Assembly: GCA_029953675.1 (NCBI GenBank) | Contig: JAMWBK010000001.1 | Location: 806,001 to 870,000, forward strand | From: Rhodosorus marinus CCMP1338 | Lineage: Eukaryota; Plantae; Rhodophyta | DNA: 64,000 bases | Direction: 5' to 3' | Part shown: piece after piece, positions 1-13,126 of the stretch | How the letters are laid out: each line of letters starts with the position of its first letter | How positions within the stretch are numbered: the first letter of the stretch is position 1 | The notes under the pieces: generated by a model | The model's input: only the letters and a program-made list of their open reading frames with translations | Told to the model about the DNA's origin: nothing | Databases searched by the model: none | Translations under genes and position numbers: made by a program

Positions 1-815
1 TTCAATACACGCTTGCCGGGGTTTTGCTTCTTCGGGTCTGGTGGCTTTGCGACAACCACATCACCTATTTCGTATCCTCTTCTACGAGCCCCGAATGTTC
101 CTATGAGGACGATGTCGCCAGTGCTACCACTGTTAAAGGTAGGCAGCATTGAAGGTCCACCCAACTACAACGAAGCAAAGCAATCAAAAATTTGATGGGT
201 TCAGCGTCACAAAATGGCTGGGATCTTTCCCACAGTTGCTTTTCTGTACAAGGATCGGAGAACTCACCGTAGTGGGAAAGAAGAAGAGCACTCTAAAAAG
301 CCATCCCCCAGCAACAATGAGTCCGAACCGGAAGAACACCCACGCACCATTCTCTATCCAGTAGAGCAGTTTGTTTCGGAAGGAAACTGCTCTCCAAGAT
401 AGCGACAAAGGTGAAGGAAACAAGTATACGGTGATGAATCGTGTGTGAAAGACGTGAACGGTCTTCTCACATTGTGCGTTTTGTTTCCAATCATACCTTC
501 CGGAATCACCTTGCTGAACTGGAGTATTTTATCTATGCTAAACCTCCTCCAGTCTGGCTTCGGTCTCGATATGTAGTATTTTGGCAGCGGCTCTCTTCCA
601 GGAAAATAGTCGTACCATTTCGGCTTGGTTTTTCGTACGGCCGCTTTCGACTGGTGATACGCTATTTCCATCATCCTTGTCTTCGAGACGATTGGTGCCC
701 TACCGGGTAAAACATGCCGCTGTTTCTTGTGTCGGAACCGTACTTGAGTATATACATCAGGTCTCTCTAGACAGCCTCTACTTCTAAGAAGAAGGCTCTT
801 GCAGCCGCCCTGCAT
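1..815 (-). CDS. IMP1: Mitochondrial inner membrane protease subunit 1-like (S26 peptidase), 3 exons, runs off the left edge of the window
   Basis: Splicing (donor GTATGA ~496 to CAG ~387; donor GTGAGT ~268 to TAG) gives ...FFFPTT-LGGPSMLPTFNSGSTGDIVL...GDVVVAKPPDP...GKRVLK, the IMP1/S26 catalytic-Ser motif. ATG at 815 is the first in-frame ATG seen; the true start is uncertain. Confidence 0.85.
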
Positions 816-2942
816 CCTTGGCAAAGCCCCTTCCAAAGCCGCAAACCCAGGCACTGGGTTTGGCTAACTCCAACAAAGTTCTTCCAGCTTCGAAACAGCC
901 AGTATTTGAATGAAACAAACACACTCGGAACTACAGTGTCCCTAAGAAATCACTCAGTCACTCCTCACGCTGCAACTTGTCCTCCAATACAATGCAACCG
1001 CGCTTACTCAACTGCCGACCCGGTCACCGACGGTGGAAGCAAAGAGCTTCAGGCGCGGAGCGCTAGCTTTGGAGAAGCAGACAGATCTTCTTGGGAAGTG
1101 GACATGTCGACATGAGAATAATGGAGAAGAAGATGGTTGTGCTTGACATCGGTTCTTGATCAAGCCCCCTTTCCGGACGATTGCCTGATCGCTTCCAGTG
1201 ACATCGCCTACATCTGTGGGGACAGCCTTCGGTCCAAGCTGTGGGATCCAAAAGTTTGCATCGGAATTCTAAACGAGATCGTGCTGAATCCCTGCTATTG
1301 AAGAGTCAAGAAAAGTCGCATGAGCCAGACAAGTGGCCGGTCACTGTTTTTCTAGCGGGGCTTAAGCGATCCGGCTCTTGTTCAAAATGACGGACCGATG
1401 CCAACGTAAGAGGATTTCATGAAGGGGATCTTGGAAAGAGAATCGCAGCCTTTAATTTGGGCGATTGTGCAACTTCGGACATGCCTCAATCTCGAGCGAG
1501 GATGAGGAGTTGTAACCTCCCGATCCAGCCTCAAACGAAAAAAACTCAAGTCAGTCATCACGCAACTTAAATTTTCCTCATTATTTGAAAAAGGTAGAGA
1601 ATTTTAACAGTATATCACCCAATGAAATCCCTCCAAATCGGAGATCAATCAATAACACCCGTCCGCCTGTAAAGGAATCCCTGAAATGGTTTTATTCCTG
1701 TTCCCTTAGTCCTATGAATCAATGAAACATACGCACGTGTCTTTTTCGTGAAGAAATCCAATTGCATATCCGTAAAAAAGCTGAAAGCTCGTTTTATTAA
1801 TACACGCGTCCTATACCAAAATTTGTCCAATGGTAAGGTAGTAGGTGCCATTTTCTTCCAGTACTATTAGAGTAGCTTCAGTACTGGTGAAATAGTTTAA
1901 AAATATATATTTTTACCGTTCAGTACGATGAAAAAGAACAACACATTGCTAAGGATGTGTTTTTGAGTAATAGTTCTCCCCCTTTTCGTTTCGCTCGTTT
2001 TTAACCGATTCTGTTTTGTCTAAATGGGCAGAGGGAAGGGGGAGAAGGAGCCAAAGCAGAAATTATACTTCTACGAATAGATAGATCTTTAGAAAACTTT
2101 TAGGAGAAGATCTCGTTTGAGAGAAGCCAAAGATCGGCTCCTGGTTCCTCCGGGTGGAATGCTTTTTCCAAGTCGGTAGGCAAACACTGCTGCCTTCTAC
2201 AAGAACAAAAAACAAAACACAATCACCAACCGCGACCATCCAGAAACACATCGTTCGTCCTAAACATTTTCCCGAATCCACTCTCCTCCCACACCCCCCC
2301 GAAATAGAGTCCTCATCAACTCCTCCTCAATCCACCGAATGCCTTTCGATGTATAACTCCTTCAACCACTTCGCACAATGATCTTACAATATTACCCATA
2401 AAACAGGAAAAATCCCTTAAAATATACACCATGTAGTCTGTCTTTTCACTTTCTCTGTCTAAACGACTATATAAAAGATAATATAGTAATAATATACTTA
2501 ACTTATTTCAGAAGAAGATATATTAATAAAACATTAGTTTTACTCTGTAAATTTTGCTGGTTAGATATGAGGACTTGATTTTAACGTTGTCTTTCAAGTA
2601 TGGCTGAGAGTACTTGTTTTTTAAAAGGAAATTTAATATTTGAGGAAGCATTGAACGGTTGCGTTTTGGGTGGGGGTGGGGGGTTGGTAAGGGAATAGAT
2701 TGATTGCTTTGAGGAACGCTTGGAAGTGGAAGGTGGGTAACGGCAAGTGTTGAGTACTACTAGTAGAGAGGTGAGGGGGTGTAGGTAGCTAAGCAGATTA
2801 GAGAAGAATTGTATTTTGTGAACGCTGGCGATTGGCAATTTGATATTTGATTCTTGTTGGGTTGGTTGTTTGTGGAAGGGGGGTTGAGATTTGATCGCGT
2901 GCGAAAAGGGTTGGATTTGGTTTTGGGGAACGTTTGGGAAAG

Positions 2943-3881
2943 ATGAATGATAATCAAGTGAAGCAGCAGATCAGCCAGATGGTCTCCTTCATCAAGCAAG
3001 AGGCGGACGAGAAGGCGAACGAGATCCGGGTGAAGGCCGAGGAAGATTTCAATATTAGAAAACTAAGTGCTGTTGAATCGTCTCGAGAAAAGATCAGAGA
3101 AGAGTACGAGAGGAAGACGAAACAGATTCAAATCAACCAGAAAATGTGAGTCGCCAGGACCTCGCTTCTACGAGCAAGCTGGTTTCGTTGTTTATTTCTA
3201 AGCACTAGAATTTTCTTGGATGAAAACAGAGCGTACTCAACGGCCAACAACGATTCTCGGCTGAAGGTTTTAAAGTTTAAGGAGGAAATGATGAGAGAGA
3301 TATACGACGAGGTTAGTTGCAAGCTGCCATGACCGGATCTTGGTGCTCTCAGTCGTATTTCTTACCGACTCTTTGTTGATTCGGCAAACTTTGCCAAACC
3401 AGGCCATGCAAAAGCTGGAGGAGATCGAAATGGATAGCGAGAGGTATGCAGAGCTCCTCAGGGGCTTCATTTTGCAAGGACTTATCGTTCTTGGGGATCA
3501 GGAGGTGGCTGTCGTTACGAAAGAGAAGGATAGTGGATTTGTACAACAAATGCTACCGCAAATCGCAGATATGTATGAGCACATGACGGGCAAGAAGGTA
3601 TACCTAGCTCTGACTTCGAACGAGGTGCTCCCCGAAGATCAGTAAGTCACACACTTCCCGTTTGAGAACAAACTTGGAAAACCGGTTTGTTACTTTTGTC
3701 ATTGCCAACTGACTTGATCTCCGTATATTTTCTTGAACTTAGTGCCGGTGGAATTACTTTGGTTAGTGAAGAAGGAAAGATCCGGTTAGCCAACACATTT
3801 GAAAGCCGATTGGAGACCACCTATGAATCCAATTTGCCCTATTTTCGGGCCGCACTCGGGTTCAATGAGCAGGTGGCGTAA
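2943..3881 (+). CDS. VHA-E: V-type H+-ATPase subunit E, 4 exons
   Basis: MNDNQVKQQISQMVSFIKQEADEKANEIRVKAEEDFNIRKL... and C-terminal SAGGITLVSEEGKIRLANTFESRL; GT-AG introns join ORFs 2934, 3340 and 3687. Confidence 0.97.
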
Positions 3882-4019
3882 AATCGCACACAAAAACTCG
3901 GCTAAGTAAAATACAAAAACGCAAAATTTTTACCATCTCTAGCCATAGCAGCTCGACCATGGCAAACTCTTGCACGAGCTCTGTTTGTTCTTTGCGGGAA
4001 CTCGATCACTAGATTCTAC

Positions 4020-5529
4020 CTAGAACGCAACTGGGGTTGGGACGTCAGAGTGTGTGACCGCTATGGCCTTGTAAATATCACCCATTTGGTCGGGGCTCGA
4101 AAGCCTCTCATAGGATTTCAAAACAGCTGCCTTTTGACTTTCTGATTCTGCAGATTCTGCCAACATGTACGCTTTTTCAACCCCTCCAAGCGAGTGAAGC
4201 AGTTCCCGCTGTGAGATTGGCCCATGAACATCGACGTGTTTGCCTCCTCCCTCTCGGAATCCTCTGGATAGCAGTCCAAAATCGACGTCAACGCTTAAAT
4301 CTGCCTCTCCAGGAGATAAGAGTGCGGGTTCTATTTTGTGGTCCTTAACCGCTCGTAAACTAGCCTCGATTGGACCCAATTTCCCATAGTCCACCACCAA
4401 GCATGCGCCTAGACCGTCTGCGGTTAAAGGCACAGTTTATACCATTCAGGAAAACTATCAGGTTTGGTGAGGATCGACGTTGAAAGAAGTCACGCCTACC
4501 GCTAGCCCCTATGAAAGACCCCAGGGTCTGCGCTATGCCGTAGGCGTCGGGAGAAATTTCAACCTCTTCAACGCCTGCCGGTAGAAGAGCCTTGTAAACC
4601 GTGGAAGCAGCTGTAGCACCTCTTGAGAGTACATATCTGAATGGGAACTCGCCATTCGGATCGACCTGGACATCTATCATTCTCTCACACCAGCCTTTAT
4701 CGGTCTTCTGGAACTGGTGCACCGCCAGAGCATCGAAAAACTCCTGCGCGATGTAGATGGTTGCCATCTGAACGCGAAAGGGTTTGTTGAGGGTCACCGT
4801 CCGGCAGAGCGTAGTCGATGCCAGGGCGAACTTACCCCATCGGGTTCAGGTATTTGTGAGAGATTCTCAAACCAGTGGAGTCCAAGCGATTCATGAGCAT
4901 ACGCACCCATCGTGGCCTTCTGCACCTCTTTCAGTTTGGGGGAAACTTCCATAAACTGTATTTCAAGGTTTCGGAATACTGTGGGGGTAACAGACTTGAT
5001 GATCCGGGAGATATCCCTCATGAGAGTACCTCTGCCAGGGCCCAATTCAACAATCCTAAATCTGCGTTTTTTTCGCGTTGTTTCCTGCTTCAGCTTATGG
5101 GATCCAGGAGCTGTGTGGAAAATATCATGCAGGTGCTCACCCTTTCGGTTTATGCACGCTGGTGATCGCTGCGAAGGTTTTTAAGATCCAAATTCCCAGG
5201 CTTTCTCCGAAAACCTGGCTTATTTCGGGTGCCGTCGTAAAGTCTCCGGTCCTCCCGAACACCTCCTTTTTCATGTAGTATCCGTGGTGTGGATTAGTTA
5301 GACACTCCCGCATGTAATCTGCCACCGTCAACGCGTTTCTGTACTGTATCCTTTGAGTTAAGTGCGCCACCATCGATTCGGCGGCACCGGCCTTCGTCTT
5401 CTTGACATGTGGACTGTGCAACTTGGACCGGTCGATCCCAACAAGCCGGCTGGCTTTATCATCACTCAGATTCCTTAAAGATCGTCCATGACTTAGGTGA
5501 TGCCTCAGAAGGGCTTTCCATCCGTACAT
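4020..5529 (-). CDS. NDUFAF7: NDUFAF7/MidA SAM-dependent protein arginine methyltransferase (complex I assembly), multi-exon
   Basis: LTVADYMRECLTNPHHGYYMKKEVFGRTGDFTTAPEISQVFGE, AQEFFDALAVHQFQKTDKGWCERMID, CLVVDYG, PGEADLSVDVDF, QMGDIYK motifs; N-terminus resembles a mitochondrial presequence. Confidence 0.96.
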
Positions 5530-7783
5530 ATCGCGCTAGCCAAAGCCCACTAGTTATGCAAACCATGTCCGGCCCCCTCAAACCCTTCGCCGACGTTGCA
5601 CAGTCATCGACTGTTGAAGAATCGATGGGGAACTGGTTGATGCCACAAAGTAGGAGGGGTTCCGTTCGGGAGGAATGGGAAAACCCGGAAGAGAAAACGC
5701 TCACGGAAAACGGGATCTGGAGATATCTTGAGTACCGTACCAGAGTTATAGACTCGAATCTGAATCAACCTGAAGGAACTTGTCACAATCCCTACCAGTG
5801 CAGGGAGTTAATACGAAGTCAGCTTGGGCTGTCTGCTTGAAGAGGCGAGCCTTAGTCTAGTAATAATAGGAGCTGTATTGACTATGCGACGGGAGCTCAT
5901 ATTCGACCGGCAAGACCTTGCTCCCCTCGTTTGGACGCAGGTTGGACGGTTTTCCATTCTCAGACGGAGCCTGGAACTTTGCCAGAACCATCCCTGAGAA
6001 TACTCTGTCTCAAATTTTTTCGTTCACTTAATAATAACTCTGATCTATACAACAATGATTGATCACGATAGAATACAGACTAGCCCTTCTCCCTTCGAAC
6101 TTTCAAGACCTGTCTCCCCTTGTGCGTTTCAAAAGGTTCGACCCTGACACTCCAAACTCCCGGGCAATCCTTTGAATGTTGAGGCGCTTCTTGAGTGGCA
6201 ACTGAGAAACGGTATCAATCTGTGCCTAATAGTCAAAAAAATTCTCCTGCGGCCCGTTCTACCTTTCTGGCTACCAGGCACAATGGCTGCTTCCTCCTGG
6301 CGGATGCCCAATTCCAAATGCGGTAAACTGTTCTCACATTCCCCGAAACTCCTTGGCGATTTCAACGCAAGAACCTTTACCCCTGCGAACTCCATCCTTG
6401 GACTTCAACAAAGCTTTCAGACGACAGCGTTTCGTTGCTCATCAGAGAGCTGAGGTTTGTTTCCTCTCTAGCTCGTGTCTTCAGCCATCGACTTTCTCAA
6501 ACCTAAAAGGTCCTCGCCTACTGCAACTCGTGCCAGATTAGCTCCTCACACTCGAGATTAACGAATTCGAGCTCTGTCGGGCTCCGAATAAACCTCCGCT
6601 TGCCAGACAAAGCGTTAGACGCCCTTCAGGATTGCTCTAGAAGACTCCGACGCCTTAGTCCAACATCCGGTCCATCGCGCTTGCTCAAATAAACAACGTA
6701 CTAATCGCTTGTCGAATGCGCTGGTTCATGCGTCTGCTCTGCCGCATCGCTCCTCTAGATCTTATCATCAACCAGTTTGGGTTGAACACAGACCATTCTG
6801 CTCATCCGAGGATCTGTCAATGCCCAACAGTCCACATCCGCTGATGTAATCCGGCATCATGTTCGACACGGTGCGGGCCTCACAGCGCCTGTTTTGGCAT
6901 CCTAGTGTTCTCGGACGACCAAGGGCGGTCACCACCAAACTGACGCAAACTCAGCGTCGCTCAGAAGTACAGACAACCCCAAAGCAACCAAACCATACAT
7001 AAAAAAAACAAAAACAGAACACCAGTCCAACCGGACCCGAGCCGGATGGATAAAAGGGGGGAAGGAGGGGGACTTCGAAAACATCCGCTTAGCAGTAATC
7101 TACCCTAATCTAAATCTTCTATTCTAATCTCAAAGAATCCACGCATCCTGCTCTGGCTTGTCTGCAGATCCCAGACCATTCCGAACAATCAGAAATCCTT
7201 CGAAAACACTATCGTTTTACGCTTCCTATTTCCGTTTATGTGTTTTCTTGATGTTTTTGTAAGGTCAATGACGACGATGGAGTCTTTTTCCTTCCCGTCG
7301 AAGCCGATCAGATGATAAAAACAGTGTTTTTGGATGGATTTCCATTGATGAGGGAGAAGACGCGAAAATGTTGTTGAATAGGTCGAAAGAGGTGGGGGAA
7401 AAAGAGGGTCTGGCTGGTATGATCAGTATAATTAATGGAGTACTGAGAACTCCGGAAAAGGGGTAGTGTTTTGGAATTTTTCTTTGCGAGTTGCCACAAG
7501 TTGGTGTGAGTAAGGAGGCAGTTTGGCAAAAGCAAGATTCTTTCACGAGGTCCTTTTCTTTTTTGTTCCCTGGAGGATCTGTTTTGCATTTTGGACTTGG
7601 AGAAAGGGTTTGTGGTTAGGGAAGGAGGGATTGGGACAAGCAAAAGGCCGCTGTAAGGTTGAAGAGGTTTAGGATACAGAAGATCAGAGAGGTTTGTACA
7701 GATTGGAAAGGAAGAAATAAGTAGGCTCCCGGTTTTCTTGGTTCGTGTGGTGTTTTTTTTTGTTTGTTGGTGAAGAGTGAAGG

Positions 7784-10347
7784 ATGGCGACGGTAGTAGA
7801 TGCTGACGCTGGACAGCTGAGGAGGATCCTGGAGAGATCGAGCGAGGAGGGTTCTTGCATTAGGAACTTTCCTGCTGATGGAGAAGGCGGCGAGATCAAT
7901 TTTCCGGCAGTGAAGTCTGATCTGGTTGTGGTTTCAGAGGACGGATCGAAGACGATATGTGTTAATATGGACTCCGAGGCGGTAGTTTTGGATACTGCAA
8001 CTGGGAAGGTAGGCCATGACTGGAGATTTGTAGCGTGCTGAGGCCCCCTTAAGGGCTAAACGTTTCCGTAATCTGTGAATTGTCATGATTCGTGATTAGG
8101 AGGTGTCAAAGTTTGGCAAAGACATTAGTCACGTGGCTTTATCACCGCTAGGATCGTTTGCATTAACCTGGGCCCGATACTCTTTAGCACCGGGTGAAAA
8201 CCTTTGTGCTTGGAACGTTGCAACTGGGGAGCGCATCGCAAAGTTTAGTCAAAAAGACTACCTGCCAAAAAAATGGCCGACGATTCAGTGGACTGATGAT
8301 GAGAGTCTTGCAGGCCGAACCGTCAAGAACGAAGTTCACTTTTACGACGGTGACAAGGTCGGCGATGTCAAATTTAAGGTGAGACCAGACGAGCGCAATC
8401 TGCTTGTCAATGCGAGTACAAAAGAGTTTGACGGTAGCCTGCCTTTTAGGTTGCTGTACCAAAAGTCGATTGTTTTGCTATCAGCCGAGGACGTGCGCCG
8501 TATCGATTGGCAACCCTTGCGCCGGATACAAGTAGCGAACCTGGTAAACTTGCCATTAGAAAACTTCCGGATGGCGAACTTGTGTCTACGAAATCTCTGT
8601 TCCGAGCTGAAGCAGCCCAATTTTCATGGAGCTCAACTGGATCCGCGGTGTGCAATCTTGCCAATGGCAGCCAAACGACATGTACCGGGCTCCACATTGA
8701 CATCTGGGCATATTTGACATTAGGCATTGGCGACCGTAACCAACGAGGAGGATCCCACTGGGCAGTCTTACTATGGAGAAACGAATCTATTCTTCTTGGA
8801 CGCTTCCGGCAATCTGGTAAGGGGGTTGGGCTTGCACAGTCTCTTCCTGCAGAAATTTTTGAGTGCTGAGTGAGGAGTGACTAACCCATATAGTATACGA
8901 TTCGTTGCAAACAGGATCAACGGATCGAACTGCCGAGGGCAGGAGCTATTTTTGATGCAAAATGGGCACCTCGGGGAAACCCGCAGTTCATTGTGGTCTA
9001 TGGATCACAACCAGCTCGTGCTACTCTGTTTAATACCAAATGCGAGCCAATATTTGACTTTGGTCAGGGCGCGTGGAACTGCATCAACTTTTCACCACAC
9101 GGCCGGTATGCGTGAGACGGAACCCACCGTAGCGACCTCCTTTGCGTATTCGTCTGAGGTCTCGTGTTTCTATTCCCAACTCTACAGCTTTGTTGCACTA
9201 TGCGGGTTCCAATCGCTCTCCGGTGACGTAGAAGTCTGGGATAGAAATACGGAGCAGCTTGTTGGAGCCGCGAAGATGGTCCACACGACCTCATTCTCGT
9301 GGTCCCCCTGCTCTAGGTACATCATTGCAGCAACTAGCTTCCCTCGTCTCAGAGTGGACAACGGTGAGCGCGATGATCCCTATATCCACAGTTTGTCACA
9401 GTTGTTTGCAGCCGTTTGCAGCTGCCACAAGAAATTGGACGCTGAGAAACAACTGTGACGTCTTCCCAGGATATCGACTATATGAATACAATGGAACCCT
9501 GCTGGAGACGAAGGATTTCGATAAATATCTTTTGCAGTGCGAATTTCTACCTGCCGCGAGTGGGGTCTACCCCGACAGGCCCGCAAGCCCGAGGTCGCTT
9601 GAGCTCGCTAAGAAGAATGCCGAAGGTATGCCTTTTGCCTTCGCTTGATGCTCTCAGAGTTTAAATCCAGTGCGAAGAGTGGCAATATGAATTTACTACT
9701 GTGTCTTACAGGCGCAAAGGGCGGTGATGCATCCGCAAAAGCACAGCCGTATAGACCCCCCGCAGCGAGACAGGGAGCGGATCCAGTCGGCTTTGTTCGC
9801 AGTAGAAGCGTGAGAGTTGCACCGGGCAAGGTACTGGTAACCCTCTGATCTTCAGTTCGCTTTTTTTGAGCGCTCCTCAGCGGACTTGTTGTTCTCACCA
9901 GGTGAATGCGGCCGTTTGGAAGTCGCAGAAGACTGCCAAGGGAGCAGTAGTGCCTGGTGCTAATGAGGAAGAGCCAAAGGCCTTGACGGCAAGTCAGAAA
10001 AAGAACAGAAGGAAGAAGGCCAAGAAACAGGAGCAGAAGGCCAGTGAAGAAGTGCGTTTCTCCTGTAAGGCTTTCTTGCGGTCGGCAGGAAGATAGGGAC
10101 ACTGAAAGGAATTCTGTACTTTTTATTGCAGGCTGAGAAGCTGTCCAACTCAACAGACGCTGCTACTGGGGAAGGGGACAATGTCACCGCCCTGCAAAAG
10201 AGATTGAGAAATCTGAAGAAGAAGCTCCGAAAAGCTCAAGAGAGAAAGCAGACCGCGGAAACTCCTGAACAGAGCGAGGGCGCGCAGTCCGTTGGCACAA
10301 TTGAAAAGGAGATCGACGATATTGAGAAAAAGATAGCGGTGATGTAA
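7784..10347 (+). CDS. EIF2A: Eukaryotic translation initiation factor 2A (WD40-like beta-propeller), multi-exon
   Basis: SPLGSFALTW, WPTIQWTDDE, GFQSLSGDVEVWD, SWSPCSRYIIAATSFPRLRVDNG, AQPYRPPAAR and a C-terminal coiled coil KRLRNLKKKLRK match the eIF2A layout. Confidence 0.95.
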
Positions 10348-11585
10348 AGCGTTCATAATTCGCAAGCCGTCAAAAAGGTTGGTTGCCCAATCCAACCCAG
10401 TGCTTTATTAGAAATTGCGCAATGCAAGAGGTGGGGCCTTCAGAGCTGTAGAACAATGATGAGTAACAAAAGGCCAATTGCCAGAGGCGCTCGGTCGCTG
10501 GTGTGTGCGATTCGCCCGAGCTTGTGGAAGTTTGGTGTTCCCCAAGGCAAACACGCCGAAGAAGCCCATGACGACCTCGAGCTGACTGTGGCATCCTCAC
10601 TGCCAACGAACTGGGCTCGTCTCAATGGCAAAGCTCCTTGGAGAAGAACGGATAGCTGAGCGAACGCTTTGGAGAAGGATTGTTCTCCTGCTGCGAGTCA
10701 GGAGCTATGGTTTTATGGACACTCTCTTCTTGCGCACTGATTGATCCTTCTTTTTGTTTGGCAGGTCCATACGTGCGCTTCTTATTGCTTCGAACCAGCT
10801 CTATTCAAAGCCGGGATCATATTATTTTCTTAGGAGCGCGCCCAGCACTCCATTGACTTTACGACTTTTCTGCCACATCCTGGAACTGAGCACTCGGGCA
10901 TGCTTGTCGTATAGTAGGCTTGCACGTACTGGACTGTAGGATGGAGAGGGGGCGTGCTCCCTCGACGAGCTTTAGTCCCGAGAAGAGATTTAACAATGAA
11001 ATACAGTTCCAGGAAGTATGGACCGCGATCTAGCATAGCAATCTACGACTGTAAAGCACAGCCGGGATTGGATCTCGTGCTAGTCCCTGTGCGGAATGCG
11101 CACGATTCGATCACTTTCAATGGGACGAGGACCGACACACTTTCGAGCACGTCCACCGGAGCATAAACAGGAACTAGTTCCATCATCCATAGTCCGAGTC
11201 AGTCTTATATCCGCGGACCACGAGCTGAAGCGAACCCTCTTCCAGAACTCAAGCCCAACTTAACCCTCGACTAACGTCCAATCAAGATTTTTAGTGTACC
11301 TAATTATCCAATTAAAACTCTTAAGCGTGGATAGTATTGCTAAGTATCCAATTATTTCCGTAAAGGAACGTCATATCCAATAAAATTATTGATTGGTCTT
11401 ATTCGCTAATGGGGATAATCCAATTATTATACGCATAGTAGTCATATCAGTATTATTTGTATCGAAGCTTGTTTGGTTGGGAGTGGATGGTGAGAGGGAA
11501 GGGCCCGAGTTACCTTTGCGGCAGAGTTGGAGGTGGATTTTTCTTTGAACCTTTTTTTTTTGGGGGGGGTGTATTTGGACTAACT

Positions 11586-13126
11586 ATGGATTCTAAAGAT
11601 GATAGAGGCTCAGGGAGTTCGAGTAGACCTGAATCTCGGGGTCCATTGTCCCAGGTGAAGAAGCGTACGGCAACCCCCAAGCCGGAGAATGATTTTCTTT
11701 GCCAGCCAAGGTACTCGTTCACGTTGCCAGAGGCAGAGATGGACCTCAAGCTGCTAGATTTTGAGCCGGACATGAGCTTCTACGCGCCTTTAGAGATCAG
11801 CGCGCTGGATTTAAAGCCCCAGCGGCCGACGCTCACGGATCCAACGCATGGTGTGCGCGTAAATCTGGTAGATCTTGATGAGTACCGAGAGTACCAGGAA
11901 GGTGAGTGCTGTGTATTCGAAGGAAACTTCCGTCCCTATTCTGCGCGCCTGATTTTTAAACTGGATTTGGATTTTCCTGACGTCCGCGAAAACAGGAGAG
12001 GGCCCCGATCCAGAAGATCTGATCCTGCTCGATCCCGAATCAGATGCAAATGAGAAGAGCTTTCGACGGAAAACATCGGCTCCGGCCCCATTCTTGCGAG
12101 CTATGTTTTATGACGAATATAAGATTGATAAGATCGACTACAGTGGTGCAGTCTCTAAACGACAGAGAGAGGTAAAGAAGAAGACTAGGGACGAGCTCCT
12201 CCGTGATGTTCTGGCAGAATTTCAGGCCTGCAAGAAAAAGCCTGTACATCCGAACAGCAGAAAGAAGCATCTCAAACCGGTTGAGGTTCGCTTGGGTACA
12301 AACTTTTGCGTTTTTGGCTCGAGTCCGTTGTCCTTCAAGCTCAAAGCTTAACTTCTCGCTTTTATGTTACAGATAACACCTTTCCTTCCGGACTTTGAGA
12401 ATTACTTTATCAAGTACGTGCTAGTGCACTTTGAGGATGACCCCAAAGAAAACGTACGTCCGGCTCTGGAAAGAAATATGAACAGGAAGGAGGCAGTGCG
12501 AGCCGAGGATCTCCGCGAAATGGTCAATACAGCGGTCACCTTGGGCCGGCGTGGAGAAGGTAACGAGGCCGTCCTCTCTTTCTATACACCCGTAGATGAT
12601 GAAATTGAAAAGCGGCGGAAGCAGAGAGAGACTCCGGGTGAGTTAAATAAATCAAGAGCCTTTTTCCTAATCTGTAGGAGAACCTGCAGCTTAATTTTGG
12701 AAGCGATCTGACCAGTCGATCGGTTCCTGCGCCTGTTCTTTACGTGTAATCGCGGATATGTGCTTCTTTCGAACTCACTGACCAGGCAATGCAAAAATGC
12801 CAGACAACTTCGGTACAGCGAACAGCGAGGACTACCACCTCGTCAAAGAGTATGTGTTTGATGTCAGGGGTAGAGACCATACCGCCGATATACAGCGTCT
12901 GTACATGGTATCCAGCAAGCCGGAATTTTCTTCTTACAGCGAAGTGAGTGGGCGTATGACGTTGCATAAGAGACCTCTGAAGGGTGACGCATCGATTCAG
13001 AATCGGAGACTGATCGTGAAACGGAGGAGACCGAACGAGGACGACCAGGGGGAAAGAGTTGAATCGATCATGCAGATGTGCATTGGTGATGAGGCGGCTG
13101 AAATGGCGAACGCCCTTGAGGAATGA
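11586..13126 (+). CDS. PAF1: RNA polymerase II-associated factor 1, multi-exon
   Basis: FLCQPRYSFTLP..DLKLLDF, HGVRVNLVD, KKPVHP, ITPFLPDFENYFIKYVLVHFEDDP, YHLVKEY, RMTLHKR fit the Paf1 family pattern. Confidence 0.88.

Noticed and set aside
900-1500. Short ORFs between IMP1 and the AT-rich promoter
   Set aside because: All frames close within about 60 codons, with no recognisable motif or consistent splice path.
10370-11170. Cluster of 60-80 aa ORFs between eIF2A and PAF1
   Set aside because: No homology recognised, no consistent exon chain; probably UTR or intergenic.
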